A stretch of DNA of 64,000 nt from Raillietiella orientalis (Eukaryota), in contig JAYWIR010000003.1 of assembly GCA_036172245.1 (NCBI GenBank), positions 5,642,001 to 5,706,000 of the forward strand, given 5' to 3'. Shown here piece by piece: positions 27,367-41,699 of this stretch; position 1 is the first letter of the stretch, and each line of letters begins with the position of its first letter. A program made the translations under genes and the position numbers. The notes beneath the pieces are model-generated. The model did not search any database. It saw nothing but the letters and a program-made list of their open reading frames with translations, and was not told where the DNA came from.

Positions 27367-29999
27367 TTTTCTCTTGTGCATGTCATTGCAGTCAACAGTA
27401 AATTACTTTTTCTAATATGATTTTTGGCAGAACATTATTAATTATGAAGTATTCTTTTGAAATATGACAAGTATTTGAATCTGTGGTACAAGCAGTTGAC
27501 TGATTCCATGATTATTTATGTTTTGCATCGTATCATGGCTGGAGCGTTGCTCATTGCAGTGACAGTTAAGATGCTCCGGCATAGGTAGAATACTCATGGC
27601 TTCACGAACCTACGATCGCCCCATTCAGAGTGATGATGGCGTGTAGCACAGCTTGCGGGCTTTCACTTTATCGAATTCACTGCGAACGTGCATTCAGACG
27701 TATTGTGAAAGACCTCGATGCTCTGTAAATTGAGTGTTGGGCTTTCGCGCTGGGGTCCCATGCTGTTCCGTGCACACCTTTTCGGACTATTGGTGTTTTC
27801 GATGGCGCTGGGCGTAACACTTTGTGTGGGCGACATAGAAATGTGGGTGTTGCGTGGTGTCTGTCGCAAACTGAAGTAGGCCTTCGAAACAGCGAAAGCT
27901 CGGTGGTGGAACCTTCGGTTTCACAGCGCTCACTCACCTATTCAGTCCCTCAGTGGAAGAGAGGCTAAATTCAGGGACCCGGCGGGCTTCCGCAGCGCGA
28001 GTAAATCCGAATCACGTGTCAGCCGTGCTTTCATAAGTGAAGTCCATAACGTCGCATCCAGCAGATCAAGTTGAGCATTTTAGTTTGAGTGAGCTGCCTG
28101 CTTATTCCCTGGCGTGAAGGTGAATAATTGTCGGTTTCGTTTCCGCGGAATGGCTCGATCGTTTTTAAGTGTCTTGGTAAGCGTGCTCTCGTTGCACCGC
28201 AGTGTGCATCCTAAAACTTTAAAAGGACGAAAGTGGGTTGCGTAACGTTCAATCTCTCGGCAAGATATGACCTCTGCCGGTGATCCACCTCTAACGGTTG
28301 CAGGGTCAACAGCAGATGGTGAGCGAAGGTGAGCTCGTGGACCAGAGTCCAAGGTACTGCTTCCCTCCAGGGAAATGATCCGTCTGTGTATGGGTGATGT
28401 GCAGTCTGCCGGAGCTGTCAGTATAAATGTAGGTGCATCTGCGCGCATTTCATGCCCCGAGTAGGCCGGGGAACCCAAGTCCGTTGTTTTTACGGGTGCC
28501 AAAAGCACTTTTTGTCATGCGTGGCGCTGCGGGAATAGAGTAGTTTGGTTGCTGGAAGAGATTGAGCTCCGAATTTCCTGCCTGGGATTTGTGCTTCAGG
28601 TATCTTGGTGCTTATGCGCTCTTATCTTGGAATCCATATGTATTTGTGACGTATGAGGGAGTGTTCTTCAACCTCGATCTGTGACAGTGTTTAATCGGCT
28701 TGAATTTGCCTTGGGTGAAATTTTTTTCAAGTGGGTGCGTTCGCACGAAGCCTAACCTGTGGTCATTCAGTTGTTGAAAAGCTTCGAAAATGCAGTGTAT
28801 CAGTAGTGTTGTCGCACGAAGGATAAGAGTGATCAGTGTCGTGTCGTTTTCACTCTAAAAATTTCCTGAAAGTTCACGAAAATGTCACCGCGGAGTAGGA
28901 CAAGGTCCAACCACAGCTTTGTGGTTTTTTGGTTATGTGGTCAGGTGCATCGTTGCTGCAGGGACTTCAGAAGTGCCTCACAGTGGTAAAGTTCCGTATG
29001 AAATGAGATTCAGACTTCGAGCATGATGCTACCAGATCTCGAAAAATAGGGATCATTGATGCCACAGCATGAACTTGTTGCGAGGGATTCCTAACGGGAA
29101 TCGATCTGGAAACATGTGGTATTGAAAGTCTTTTGAGTAAAAGAGTCAGGGTCCGATGAGGGACCAGTCTGCGGGCAGTTCATCCCATGAAATTGGGATC
29201 CTTGACTTTCCTGTGTAGTTTGCGGCAGCTCATATTTTTCTGCCATGTGCTGGAAGGTTTGCATTTCTGGATTCGTGTACTTGGGACCACTGCTTTTGGA
29301 ATGGCCAGGATAAAAGACTAGTAGTGGCTGCTACAGCTCCTACCCTAATGAAATTCATTCCTCTGACAAATATTGGGTGATCTGCGGCGATGACTCGAAA
29401 ATGCAGGTGCCAGCTTTAGAATTTCAAGCATTCTCTCTTCGTTTCAGAATACGAAACATTTATACTATTATGGCAATTTCGCTCTCTGAAAGTTTGCAGA
29501 GTCACAGTGAGCAGATTGCAAATGCAAGCTTTGAAGTAATTGGCATTCGGGCAGGAAAATGTTTCCAAAATAGGGAAAACATTTAATCGGAAAAGATGGC
29601 ATTAGTTCTGTTCATGATGCAAGCTATTTTGTTAGTTTCTAAATTGGCAAAGGTGTTTGAACACATTAATAGGCATACACGAGTACGTTGCTATGAAAAT
29701 GGAAAGCGTTGTGCTAAAGAGTTTGAGCTTGTCTGGAGAAAAATGCAAATAGGACCAATTCCATTGCCATGCTGAATTCTTTGCATGTACAGGAATCATC
29801 GTGCTCGAAGAATGTTAATTACTATTTAAGATGAAAAGTAGTGTCAGATTCGCTTTCCGCAAAAAAAAAAAAAAAAAAAATGCATTCAAAATTGCAATTC
29901 CAGTGCAAAATCGCGCGTCCTAAGAATACCATTCTACTGGAAATCTAAATAGGCACTATAGATACTGAAATCGTTTGATGCTTTTTCTATCCGCATGTT

Positions 30000-30700
30000 G
30001 GAAATTCTCACGATGAGGGGCATTGCATCTACGGCTCTCGAATTCAAGCAAAACAGTTTTAGGGATGTAAACGGACTGATATGCACATTCAAGTAAGACC
30101 ATCAGTGTATTTGCAAACTTGGATCTTATGTGGACGGCATACACCGCTACGTTCTTCAGTACGTAGAAGAGTAAGTATCTCGCTTACGTGGAAAAACTTG
30201 CTGATTTTTGAATTTGTGTTCAACAAAACCAATATTGTGCTATTACGTCCAATATTGGCACAATATTGGACGTAATAGCACGAAGCCAAAGACTCAAAAG
30301 TCCCGAGCAATCAAGCAAATTTGATGCCCAACGAAAATATTCGGAATAAAGCAACAATGCTGTACTGTACACTTTATGCAAACCTGAATGTTTGTAGTCA
30401 AGTGCCTTGGAATATTTTGCCAAAAAAGGAATTCTAATTTTCCCAAGTTTCTTTTTTCCCTCTGAAGACGAAAATTCCCTACGATTTCCAAAATTGCTAA
30501 GTGAAAATACTGACTTCTGGTAACCATCGAAACGGTTCGGTTGGCCGTGTTTGCGGTAAAATTGTCGATAATTTTTCATTGAATGGATATTTGGGAAATT
30601 TTTCGGCTTCCCAGCTTCGTTTTCCTTCCACTCTTTGAAAAAAGTGCTACAGACACAGGTGTGCAAGCTTTAAGTGTTTTCTCAAATTCATTGATAAATT
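30000..30700 (-). mobile_element. Possible decayed L1-like 3' end (zf-RVT-like)
   Basis: LHKVYSTALL... followed by frameshifted CLI...ESLASCYYVQYC; weak match. Confidence 0.3.
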
Positions 30701-31315
30701 TGAGACAGCGCTTAGCGATTAAGCCAAAAATTGCTCACTTGTGGATCGTATAGAATTCATACTGCAGCTAATCTCTCGAATTGCAGACAGCGTGCCAAGT
30801 AAAGATTGTTCTTGATCAAAAGGCACAGCATTCAGTAATTTTCATTTCAAGGAATTCGCTGTGCACCAAATATGTGGGTTCTTTTCAGAATATGTAATGT
30901 ATCGCGCCTTTCCTATCACCATAGCATCGGCATAAGAGTTATTGCGTCTCGAGTCCGCAACGAGAAATGTCTCTTCATTTCTCGTTGCGGAGAAAGCGTT
31001 GAGGAAAAAGCGTAATTATACCATTTAGAATCTGCTCCTCTTTTTCTCTCATGTGACGAATGGTGGGTATGCTGATTACTGGCTGTGCCAAAAACCAAAG
31101 GTCTATAGCACAATGTTTTACTAGTATTCAAATATATCTTAATCCGTACGTCAGCACATCGTTCTTTAAAACTGTACTTTCAATCATCATTAACCAAGAT
31201 ATTTTCGTTTCTCATTGAAATTGCTTGATTTTTTTCTCGTTTCATTTCCACACTCTCAACAGTGGATCAAGGAACAACCTGTTGTAATGATGTTGGCATT
31301 CCCGATGACATAAAC

Positions 31316-33757
31316 CAGGGGTATGAAACTGGCGGCCTTCGATGTGATTTTATGTTGCCCGAGATGCTCGGAAACAAAATGAGGAACAAAAAAACCAGAA
31401 CAGCATGTTACGAAGAAAACAAGAGAGTAACCGTCGCGTCGTTGCCATGGCATCTGACATGATGCACTGGTCAACCGTGGGAGACCAGTGGAAGTGCCAA
31501 ATGCAGCGTTAGAAATAACCCGAGTTTTCGTTACACTTTCTTTTCATTCTAACCAGAGGCATTTGCGCCAGTTTCTTTGTCCCGATCGGCGTGCCAAAGA
31601 TCTGTTCATCTGATATGTTTATTTTATAACTTATTTTAAAAAAATGCAAGTAGTTGCGGTTATCTGAACTTTTAAAATCTGCACGAAACCCCTATTTTTT
31701 ATACAGAAAATGTTGCTTTCAACGCAAAACAAAAAACGAAAGATTGATGACCAGGGAAGAAGATTGCTAGAAAGGTGGGAGCTGAACTTCCTTTGTGTGG
31801 AAATGAGCAATAAAATTACGTGTTTAATTTGCAAACAATCAATTCGTGTCGCTAAAGAACACAACAGGAAGCGTCATTATAGCACGAATCGCGAAGAGTT
31901 CGTGCTCCGAAGGAAATGTAAGAGAAGAAAAATGAAAAACAAGGAAGAATTCACTTGACAGCCAGCAACGAGTGTTTACAAAATTCATGAAAAGTAACGA
32001 ATCGGTAACAAGAGCCAGTTAGGAAATGAGCTATTTATTAGAAAAACATTCAAAATCATCCACCGATGATTCTTTCATCAAGGAATGCATGTTAAAATCA
32101 GCCGAATCCGTCTGTCCACACAAGTCTGTACGGACCTTTCTGGATATATCATTATCAAGAAACACGGTGGCAGACTGAATTACTGAAATGGCAGATAGGA
32201 TCAGTTCACAACTACAGCAAATATCTACCAAAGTCCAATTCTTTTCAATTGCGACTGATGAATGCACGGATGTAAGAGATGTTGCACAAGGTGCCGTTTT
32301 TTTTTTTTTCCGTGGTTTCGATGACAACATGGGGATCATGGAAGAATTGTCGGAAATTTGAATCCTTTTCACGGAACCACAAATGGTGAAAATACTTTTG
32401 GTGCCGTATGGAGCATTTTAGAAAAGTTGAAGCTTCCTCTTGACAGGTTTGTTTCTGTGACAACAGCTGACGGCGTCAAATCGATGACGGGTGAAACGAA
32501 AGGATTTGTATCAAGACACAGGAAAATTACAAGATGAATATCCAGATAAACCGAAAATTGCCTATCCACGAAGTTCTTGGTTTAAAAATGTGAAAAATGA
32601 ACGTAGTACTTGAAACAGTAAGAAAGGCAGTCAACTTTATTCGATCGAGAGCACTTAACCATCGCCAATTTACTTCGTTACTTAAAGATTTAGAATCCGA
32701 AGATCTTTCTTATTACACAGAAGTTCGTTGGTTGCCCTGCCGCAAAGTCCTGAAGAGCTTCTATCCGCTTTTGGAGGAAATGATCGTATTTCTTGAAATG
32801 AAAGATGAAAAGAACGAAAATATATCGAATATAAAAGATCCTTTGTGAGTAAAAGACCTGGCATTTGTAACAGATATTACAGGTCACCTGAACAATCTTA
32901 ATCTTCCATGGCAAGGCAAAGATCAATTCATAACAAGTATGTACGATGCAAGTTTTGTACAAAAACTGACTTTATTTAAAAATCATTTACAAAAAAACGT
33001 TTTGACGTATTTTCCTATGTGTCAGCAGTTCAAAGCACAAAATCAAAGTCGCTCGTTTGCACAATATTGTGATAAAATTGAAAAAATCAAAAACGAATCA
33101 GATCAACGTTTTCATGATTTCGACAAGAAACCTTTTCTCTTTTTATTGGTCCTTTTCCCTTTGAAGCTGAAAAAGCTCCCACTTTGATACAACTGGAATT
33201 AATTGATTTCCAGAATGATTCGGTTTTAAGAGACAAATATCGAGAAGTAGGAATTTCCAAAATATATTCTTATTTAGGTGAAAAATACCCGGAATTGAAA
33301 GGTTTGATGCACAAATTTCATGCTATTTTGGGAGAACGTACTTGTGTGAGCAATTATTTTCGTGCATGAAATGAAACAAAAGGGCGTACAGATCAAGATT
33401 AACTGATAAGCATCCATCTGCCATAGTGAAGATTGTTTGCTCTCAGTCTTTGAAGCCAGATATTGAAAAAGTAGTAGTGGGAAAGCGCTGGCAAGTTTCT
33501 GGTAGAAAAAAAATGAAATTTCGTTTCATAAACACATTAAATTAAATAAATGTTTAAATAAAAGCAATAATATAGCAGTTACATATTATTACACGAAATT
33601 TAGTTGATTACATGATGATTTTGAATTGTCCTATTTTTATTCCTGAATCCTCACTTCGAAATACAATTTTAAGCAAACTTGTAGATGTGATGTGGCCCGC
33701 GTGAATCTTCCCAGTTGCATTGAATGGCACGTGGTTGCAATGAGTTTCACACACCTG
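31316..33757 (+). mobile_element. Full-length inactivated hAT DNA transposon (Buster/SPIN/GTF2IRD2-like)
   Basis: The left TIR CAGGGGTATGAAACT matches the reverse-complemented right TIR CAGGTGTGTGAAACT at 13/15. The 8-bp TSD is ACATAAAC (31308-31315) / ACGTAAAC (33758-33765). The transposase (31710-~33515) has KKRKID, BED-like CLICK..RH, SIATDECTD and NFIRSRALNHRQF..YYTEVRWL, with stops and frameshifts. Confidence 0.93.
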
Positions 33758-35292
33758 ACGTAAACAATCCATGTATGTGTTCCATCAGTGTCTTTGGGTA
33801 TTTCGAGAATTAAAAATTTTCAATTTTAAATCTTAATTTGAAGGACAAGTGAACATAATGTGTTCCTGCAGAGATAATCATCAATGTTCATTGGATTATG
33901 TATTGAAAAAAAAAACAAACAAACAAAAAAATGGATTTCTCTGGCCATTTCCTTTAATTTTTAACAATATTAGCATAACACTGGAAAATGCGGTCAAGTC
34001 AAGTCCAACCATTTTATTTAACTCATTAACATTCGAATATTAAATATAAATTTTCAATTAATTCCACTCTGATACAAAAGATAATTAATTTTAATACTTC
34101 ATCATTATTTATTGACAATCCTTTTCAGTACTTTTCACTATCACTATAAAATAAAATTTTTTACTAATAATCTCACTCAAATTCAACAAAATTTTAAACT
34201 TTAAGTGTTTAAGTGGAAATAAGTTTGTAAATAAATCCACATGCAAAGCTCAAAACATCATATTTCAAAACATGACACAAAACGTACCAGCAAAGATATA
34301 ACTAGTTTAAATGTAGTTTAAAGCCTTCTGGAAAATGGTATTCAAATACGAGTATTTAAAAGTGTATTACTTTCAGCTTCGCAAGGGTGCCTGGTGTTAT
34401 TAATATAACACCAAACATAACGTGGATGCCGGTTAAATGCTAACAGACAGAAAATAATGCATAACTCAAAATTCAAAAGTTGAAAAAACAGTTGGAGTAT
34501 TCGTATTTTTATTGTCTAGTGCCCTGAGAGGCAATGCAGCTGTTATGACAGCTGCTAAATGCTATGCAAATTGCTATGATAAAGAAATGAAGCAAAAAGG
34601 TGATAATTTAATGTTTGTGTTAAGAGGGTGATGTAGTATCCACTTGTCATATAACATTTTCTGAATTCTTTCAATTCAGTTTTATATGTTGGCATGGTAA
34701 GATGAAGAATAAACAACAAATTCTAATGCATTATTGAAGGGATTGTGGTAAGCACAATCTAAAATGCTGTCAAATGTATCCCACTGTTATGTTATTGGAA
34801 AACTTTCAATGATAGCACATGGCATTCTTAATCTTACAATTTTGTATATGACAGATAGGAGTGCATTATAAATTCCTCCTCAAGTAATCCTTAGTTTACG
34901 AGGAACTCATTTTTCAACCTAAGAGAGTACACTGTTGTTCCTGTTTATAATTATTCCAAGCAGCTAAATACACATAACTTGTACCTAAACTTCATGAAAT
35001 ATCCACTTAAAAAAAAGGAAACTGCAGGACACAAACTCTAAAGTTTATGCTGTAATATTTCCTTAGGTGTTCAACATTAAAATCCTAGTAATTTAAGTGC
35101 CACATCCAGAATTTTCAGGTCTTTTAAATGAATCACACAATCATTTATTATTTTCTATTTTACACTGATATAGATACTTCACCATGATAACAAAGATAAA
35201 CAGACTTGAGAAAAGTTTCAAAAATCCTTCTTGATTGCAACTTTCAATTGCAATATCTGTATGTTTGTCAACACGTAGCTCCTAGATCCTGT

Positions 35293-38078
35293 TCAAAATT
35301 TGACTGTTTGGTTTGTGTCTTCAAGTAAATGTGATAACAAATGACATATGTCTTGAAAATGAGGCCTTTCCAATGCATCTGATTTCCAACAACATAGCAT
35401 GAGTTTGTAAATTTCTTCAGGGGTGTCACTGGGAGCTGGCAATCGATATCCTGAACTTACTTTCTCAGTCACGTGCTTATTACTCCAACCAGAATATGGT
35501 ACTGCACCAAGTGAGAACACTTCCCATAAGAGTATGCCAAAGCTCCAGACATCAGACTGTGATGTGTATACTCCATAGTTTAATGATTCTGGAGGTGTCC
35601 ATTTCACAGGTATTTTCTTGATTCCTGCTGACACCCTGTATTCAGTGTCATTTCGAGCCATTCCAAAATCTGATATTTTCACTGTGATATCACTCGCTGA
35701 AACATCATTAGTTTCTTGTTCACCATTCCTTTAAATACAGAAGTATCTTACCCACAAGACAATTTCTAGCTGCCAAGTCTCTGTGGATGCATCCACAAGA
35801 AGTCAGATATTGCATTCCAGAAGCTACATCTTTACAAAAGGATAACAGCTGTCTATGAAAATTTGTCAACCATTCCCTATTATTTCGTAAGAATGTGAGG
35901 AGGGATCCTCCTTCCACAAACTCCATGATGATCATTAGTGGCATCCTTCGTAGACATACACCCAGAAAATGGACAATATTGGGATGATTAAATTGCCGAA
36001 GAATACTAGCTTCTTTAAGAAATCTACACATCATCTCTTCTTGTAACTGCTTGCGACAAGTTTTTACAGCCACTTCTAAGTAGTCTGGTCCCATACTGGC
36101 ACGATACACTTCCCCAAACTGGCCCTAATTGCAAAAATATACATCTCTACCAGTAATTGCACTTACTTTCCCAATCTTTTCTTTTAGTGATACAGCACTG
36201 TGGTCTACTTCCCAAGGAGACTGAAGTATTGGATTTCTAAGTACAGCTCCTGAACGAAAAGTGATTGGCACACTTGCTTTCCAATGAAAATCAATCAATG
36301 CCTGAACAGATGGGAACTTGGAGTCTTCAAACCCATAATAGCCCTTGTGAAAATATGATTTTGAGGATTTGGGATCAGAGATTCTAATTTTTCACCTGAG
36401 AATCATGATGAATAAGGAAATGCTTAGGAGTCTGTACAAGCACAGACAAGACAAATTGTGCATGCCTATGAGTAGTAGTTTCTCGAACCAAAAAATCTCC
36501 TTCAGCCTCAAGAAGCTGTTCTGCTTCTTCTCTTGGCAAAGAACCATGAAACCACTGTTGGTTTTGCAAATCCGATTTCACAGAATCAACAGAAGTTACT
36601 TCCGAGGAGTCAGCATTGCTAATTGATGTGATAAGATGCGTTTCATCAGTAGAATTTTCTAATGCTGATACAGTAAGATCAAGTAGACTTTGCAGTTGCT
36701 GCTTCCGGCTTTCCAACATTATTAGGCTTTTATGCAGAACTTCCATTAATCGATTGAGCTGCAATGTTCTACAAAGAATCCTGCATTTCAATGAAAAAAT
36801 TCTGCAACCTGGTCTGTGTTGAACAAGTGCTCCTTGTTACAGTCAGCTGTTTCTCCCAGAGGTTTAGGAGATTACGCTTTTCCTGAATTTGTTTGTTGAA
36901 TGCGTGCAATTCCCGCTGAACCTTGGCTTGCTGTGTTTCCAGTTGCTCTAGTGTTGCCTGATTAGCAACTAAAGTGAGTGAGCGCAGTTCTGTTGGCAAA
37001 TCCTCAACCAGTTTTGCATTGAATGTGAAATCAAAAACATGGGAGTACAGGGACCTCCAATACATTATGCTTCCCTTGCTCCCAAGATGCTCACTTGTGC
37101 TGCTTGCAAAACGATCGATATTCATTCTCTGCAGATATAGCATCTACAGTTAAAGACACCTGATTGTGGCTCTGAAGCATTGAATCTAAATAATGACTCT
37201 GCTGCTGGACCAAATCTGCCAATATCTTTTTCCTTTAAGACAACTTTCTATTCATTCTCGTACAACAAATCATAATTTACCACTGGATAATGCAATTCTC
37301 CTGCACTTTCTGCTGATAATTTAATAATGCTGGGAAAAGATTTGAATACAAGTTGTATTGTAGTAAAGATCCCATCTTTAAGGCTGTGACATAATCATTA
37401 TGCAGAACATATAATTCTCTCCTTAAATGTACAAGATCTGCTGGACCTGAATCTGACATAAGCTATGCTTGTTTTCTTTTCTTTTTTTTTTTAGAAACTT
37501 TTACTTTTTTTCACATTTGATTCTTGCTGATGCAATACATAACGATAGTTTTGCAACACTTTAGCATACTTCACTTGGAGATCCATCACTTTCCTTTTTA
37601 TCTAGAATGACACAGGAAAGTAGGAAGTTGAATACCCATTATCTTACATGATCCAGCTCTGCATTAAGGTGATCATATTCTTCACAGTATGCTTTCAAAA
37701 GTATTCTCTTCTCAGTTAACAAGGTAGCCATTGCTGGGATGGTATTCTGTTGAAGTTCCTTCACATTCTGTTGAAGCAGATGTGCTGTATGTTGCATTTC
37801 ATTCATCCAAAGCTCCCATGCCTGTGGCAATAATAAAATAGTTCTGCCTGTTTAAGATGTGAAAACACCTTTTGAATATTACTGCTACATAAACTGCTGT
37901 GTTTCTTTAGTAATCGATGTGCTTGAAGAACAATGGCCTGTAGACTTGCAGAATACTCTTTTTCACATTTAAGGCGTAACAACATTGAACACTTCATGTG
38001 TTCTAGTAAACTGATTTCTTCTTTTTGTCGGGAAATGAGAGCTTCATGGGAAATCTTTCCTATTTTGATCACATGCAT
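35293..38078 (-). CDS. FER: Fer/Fes (Fps85D-like) F-BAR-SH2-tyrosine kinase, ~791 aa, 10 exons
   Basis: Introns 37822-37868, 37602-37647, 37453-37504, 37233-37280, 37055-37094, 36781-36808, 36344-36395, 36125-36166 and 35697-35751 are all GT-AG and leave a 2376-nt frame. Domains: FCH N-terminus (SHEAL...RLKCEKEYS), SH2 (WFHG..R...GDFLVRE) and kinase (GKGQFG, VAVK, HRDLAARN, KISDFG, IPVKWT). Confidence 0.95.
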
Positions 38079-40261
38079 GAAACCATTTTAATCATGCTCT
38101 TTAAATAAGTATGCTCAGTTCCAAAGCAGCATTATTTAACAGCAACACAAAATGAACTGTAGATATGACTTACTGCCATGATTTACAAATAGTACCTAGT
38201 TAGTAGATGGCACATGGCTAATGTTCACTGTAGTCTAATGGTTTAATTGAGCATATTGCATGCAACAGATTGTGAAGAAATTTCAAACAGGCAAGCCTCA
38301 GTGGTATTTCGGTTCGAATTCATGGATATAAGCACAAATTACAATTCAGGGTTATGGTGATATATCCAATAGAATGTTATGTGATCCACATGCAGTTAAA
38401 GGTTAGAAGTGATTGGAAGATACTGAAACATAAATTGTTGTAGGGTTCGTAACTGTGCAGATTCCACACTCTAGATTACATTTTCTTGAAAAGCACAGTG
38501 AACATGGCAGGGAACAGTAATAAAACTGATTTAGGTTACCTTGCAAGTTTTTCGAAAACATAATGTCAATGTTCCTACGGAGATCTTAAGACATACGAAC
38601 ATGAATATGACTTGAGCTAACCTCTCCCAGCAAATCCGGAAAAGTCACTCATCCTGCAGTACTGCTTCCACCTCTCCCCTTTCTCTTTCCTCTCCGATCT
38701 CAGGTATTGTGCCGTTGAAAAAATAAAAAGCTTGAGGCACTCCATTCTTACAATCGCGTACTTCCATTTATTTGTCTTTTCGAGATTGAATTTAATCATA
38801 TTCAAAAGGTCTGTTTTTTTTTGGGTTTTTTTTGTTTTTCCAAATGCAACTTCATGAAATTTTGCCATTCCTTGGATAGCGATCTTCTCGCCCTCGATTT
38901 TTTTTATTAACATATCAAGGTTACGCGAACGTGTAAAGTACTTCGATACGTGGAAATCAAATGCTTGCACTTATATTCTAATTTCAGAATTTCGTGAGCA
39001 TCCCCAAACTGCATCTCATTTGAAAGCAATCCTTACTCATACGTGCTGAGGCTTGCCGTTTGCAATAAGTGATAGTTTCCAAATGAGCATGCTGCTTTGA
39101 CATCTGTATAAGTAGTTAATTTCCAGTCTTTCAAGTGAACAACTTCGGTTGGGAAGGAATGTGGTTTATTGGGTTATTGTGCTGTATTCAAACCATATAA
39201 CACGTAACTATAAATTCATATCTTCATGTTATTGAATCCCTAGCTATGCAATGCTAGACTCGGTTTTACCGAGTCCACAGAAAGTGTATGTGGCTGTAAA
39301 AACACCTCGGCAGTTGAATTTGAATCCGAATTTCCCAGAAACGCAACTTTTCCGGGAGAATTCGACTTCCGTGAAATTTTGCCCAATTCATTCCTCTACG
39401 GAGTACTTTGGTTTCAAAACTTTTGGTAAGCTTGAAAATTTGCGGCTCAAGGAAAGCACACCCACTGAAATTGTTTAAACTGAAGAAGGATCTCCTTTAG
39501 TCCACGATTTAGTGAAACATCTAATTCAAATTTCAATACATTTTTTTCTTTTCACAGATTCATAAACAGTGTTGCTGTTGAAAAAAAACACGAAAATTAG
39601 CATTCCCTTTGCATTTGGTAGGCGATGTTGTTCAAATTTCTTTAATGTAGTTAATTTCCGTAGAACAGTTTTGCATTTTTCATTTATTCCCTATGAGCAG
39701 GTGCTTCATTAGTTGGAATTCAGTCATGTGAGAGTTCCAGGTGACTTTCTTGAAGAGGAAACATACAATCAAAGAAAAGAATGTTCACCTGAACAAAATT
39801 GCTGCAGTGACTCCTTATTAGCACCCAATTTCCTCTTCGACACTTGTGGGGTATTTTTTTTCACTCCTGTTTTGCAAATAAACACTTGAAAAAGACCACA
39901 AAAATCTGATGAATTGTCATGCTAGGTGTTCCTTATTTGTTTCTTCACTAAAATCATCCACCTTTCGTTTTTTCATGGGTTACATGACACTTTTTTTTTT
40001 GGATTTAAAGCAAGAAATGCATTTATCCTCTTGCAGATAGAGGCAATTACCAGCAAGCGTATTTTTTGTGTGTGTCTTTATTCTTTATTTTTTTCTTCAG
40101 CTGCTGAGCACGTATATAGTCGCCGTTTCCTGCCGTCTTGCAATTGTCTTAATCAAGCCACCTCTTCTAATAGGTTACATTGAATTCTTTATCATAGATC
40201 GAACAGAAAAAAGACAATATTGTATTTATGGACCTGTTAGCGATCAACCTGTTAGCAATCG

Positions 40262-40850
40262 CAACGACGCCCTGGAGGAGTGATCTACCGCCAGAAACCT
40301 AGGATAACCTCCTGATGTTTTATCACGGAGGAATCTTGAGCGGGTCTAGGATGAAGCACTTCATGGGAAGAAAAGAAGACGAGGACTGCAAGACATGTGG
40401 AGACACTGATACAAGACCTCACGTCTTGACATGTCCCACACTGCATCACGACTGGCAAGCCCTGAAAAGGGTTATAGGGCTGCCCACCACGTCAACCTGG
40501 GAATTTTAGCAGGGATGTTCCAAAGAAATGGGAACGTTCCCTGTTACAATCCCATGGTAAGGATGATCATCGCCCTCTTCATCACTGCCATACTTGTGCG
40601 GTGGTGGAACATGACCGCCAGGACAGCCGTATCTCCAATAGAAATCCTGAAAGGGTTTATCCAAAAGGAGATCGGCGTAAGAAATTGCGGAAGCGTGCCG
40701 GTCTGGACGTACCGATATATCCTGAAGAGGATTGAGGACAACGCCCAGGCACAAACGACACCTAGTTCCCCTTAAGTGCAGAACCTCAGTGAAAGCCCAA
40801 GAAAGTGACTTCAAAGTGACTTTAGTGGTGTGACTGATTGAATAAAGCGG
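40262..40850 (+). mobile_element. 5'-truncated L1/Tx1-like 3' fragment
   Basis: Contains the CKTCGDTDTRPHVLTC zinc finger, ORF end at 40775 and AATAAA at 40841. A tandem duplication ACCTGTTAGC(G/A)ATC lies at the 5' junction. Confidence 0.65.
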
Positions 40851-40887
40851 ATGAAAATGTAGCATGAATGTAAAAGAAAAATTAATT

Positions 40888-41097
40888 TACCCCTAAATAA
40901 AATATTTCAGTATGAATGGAACTTCAAATGCGATTGGATTTTTTTTTATACCTGCTCAGACAATATTATAGTACTAACAGAAACTTAACGATTTCGGAAC
41001 TATCCAGACATTTAATATCATGAAATGCATAGCATCAAAAAATCTAAATTCAATCGCATTTGAAGTTCTACTTACACTCAAATATCTTTTTAGAGTA
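40888..41097. mobile_element. MITE-like element with ~50-bp imperfect terminal inverted repeats
   Basis: 40888-40940 is reverse-complementary to 41048-41097 with an identical core GAACTTCAAATGCGATTG; TA at both ends. Confidence 0.7.
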
Positions 41098-41699
41098 CAC
41101 ATGACATGCAAACCATGATTCAATGGCTCTTAAGAGATAGCGAACTGAATTCCTGAGTGATCAAACCAATGTTTTAAAGTATGACGCAAAGGAAAAAAGA
41201 GGAAGTCATGCAATAGAATGGTCTGTGCAGTATATATCAGTTATCAGCTAAATCCATTCATTAGACCCTAAGAATGGATTCTTTAGAAAACTGAAATTAT
41301 CCGGAGAATTTCGTCATGGATAGAGTGCTTCAACTGCGACTGAACGTGTTGATCTGAATAAGAATTTATGGAAACATCGTTACCGAGGGCAGTGGAATCA
41401 AAGCAGGCTGTTTCTTAATCATTACGACTTTGTAATCGTATTAGATGGATGTTCACATGATATTTAAGTGGTAAAATCGCCCTGTTTGATTACCATAAAT
41501 CAGAGTTTGTTGATTTCCATTCATTAGATATATCCGATAGTAGACATCCGTGTAACATCTAACAGGAGCAAAATAGAAATTCGAACTCTATGGAACTATA
41601 GGACAAAATACGTACACACACACAAAAAAAAAACGAACTTCTTCTACCTTCAGAACATCGCATATCCATCGCATACATCATGCCGCAATGGGAATTTTT

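Noticed and set aside
27630..27720. C-box-like GTGATGA (snoRNA?)
   Set aside because: No appropriately spaced D box or terminal stem.
28080..28508. 142-aa minus-strand ORF
   Set aside because: No homology recognised, non-ATG start, and probably within the KANSL1 3' region.
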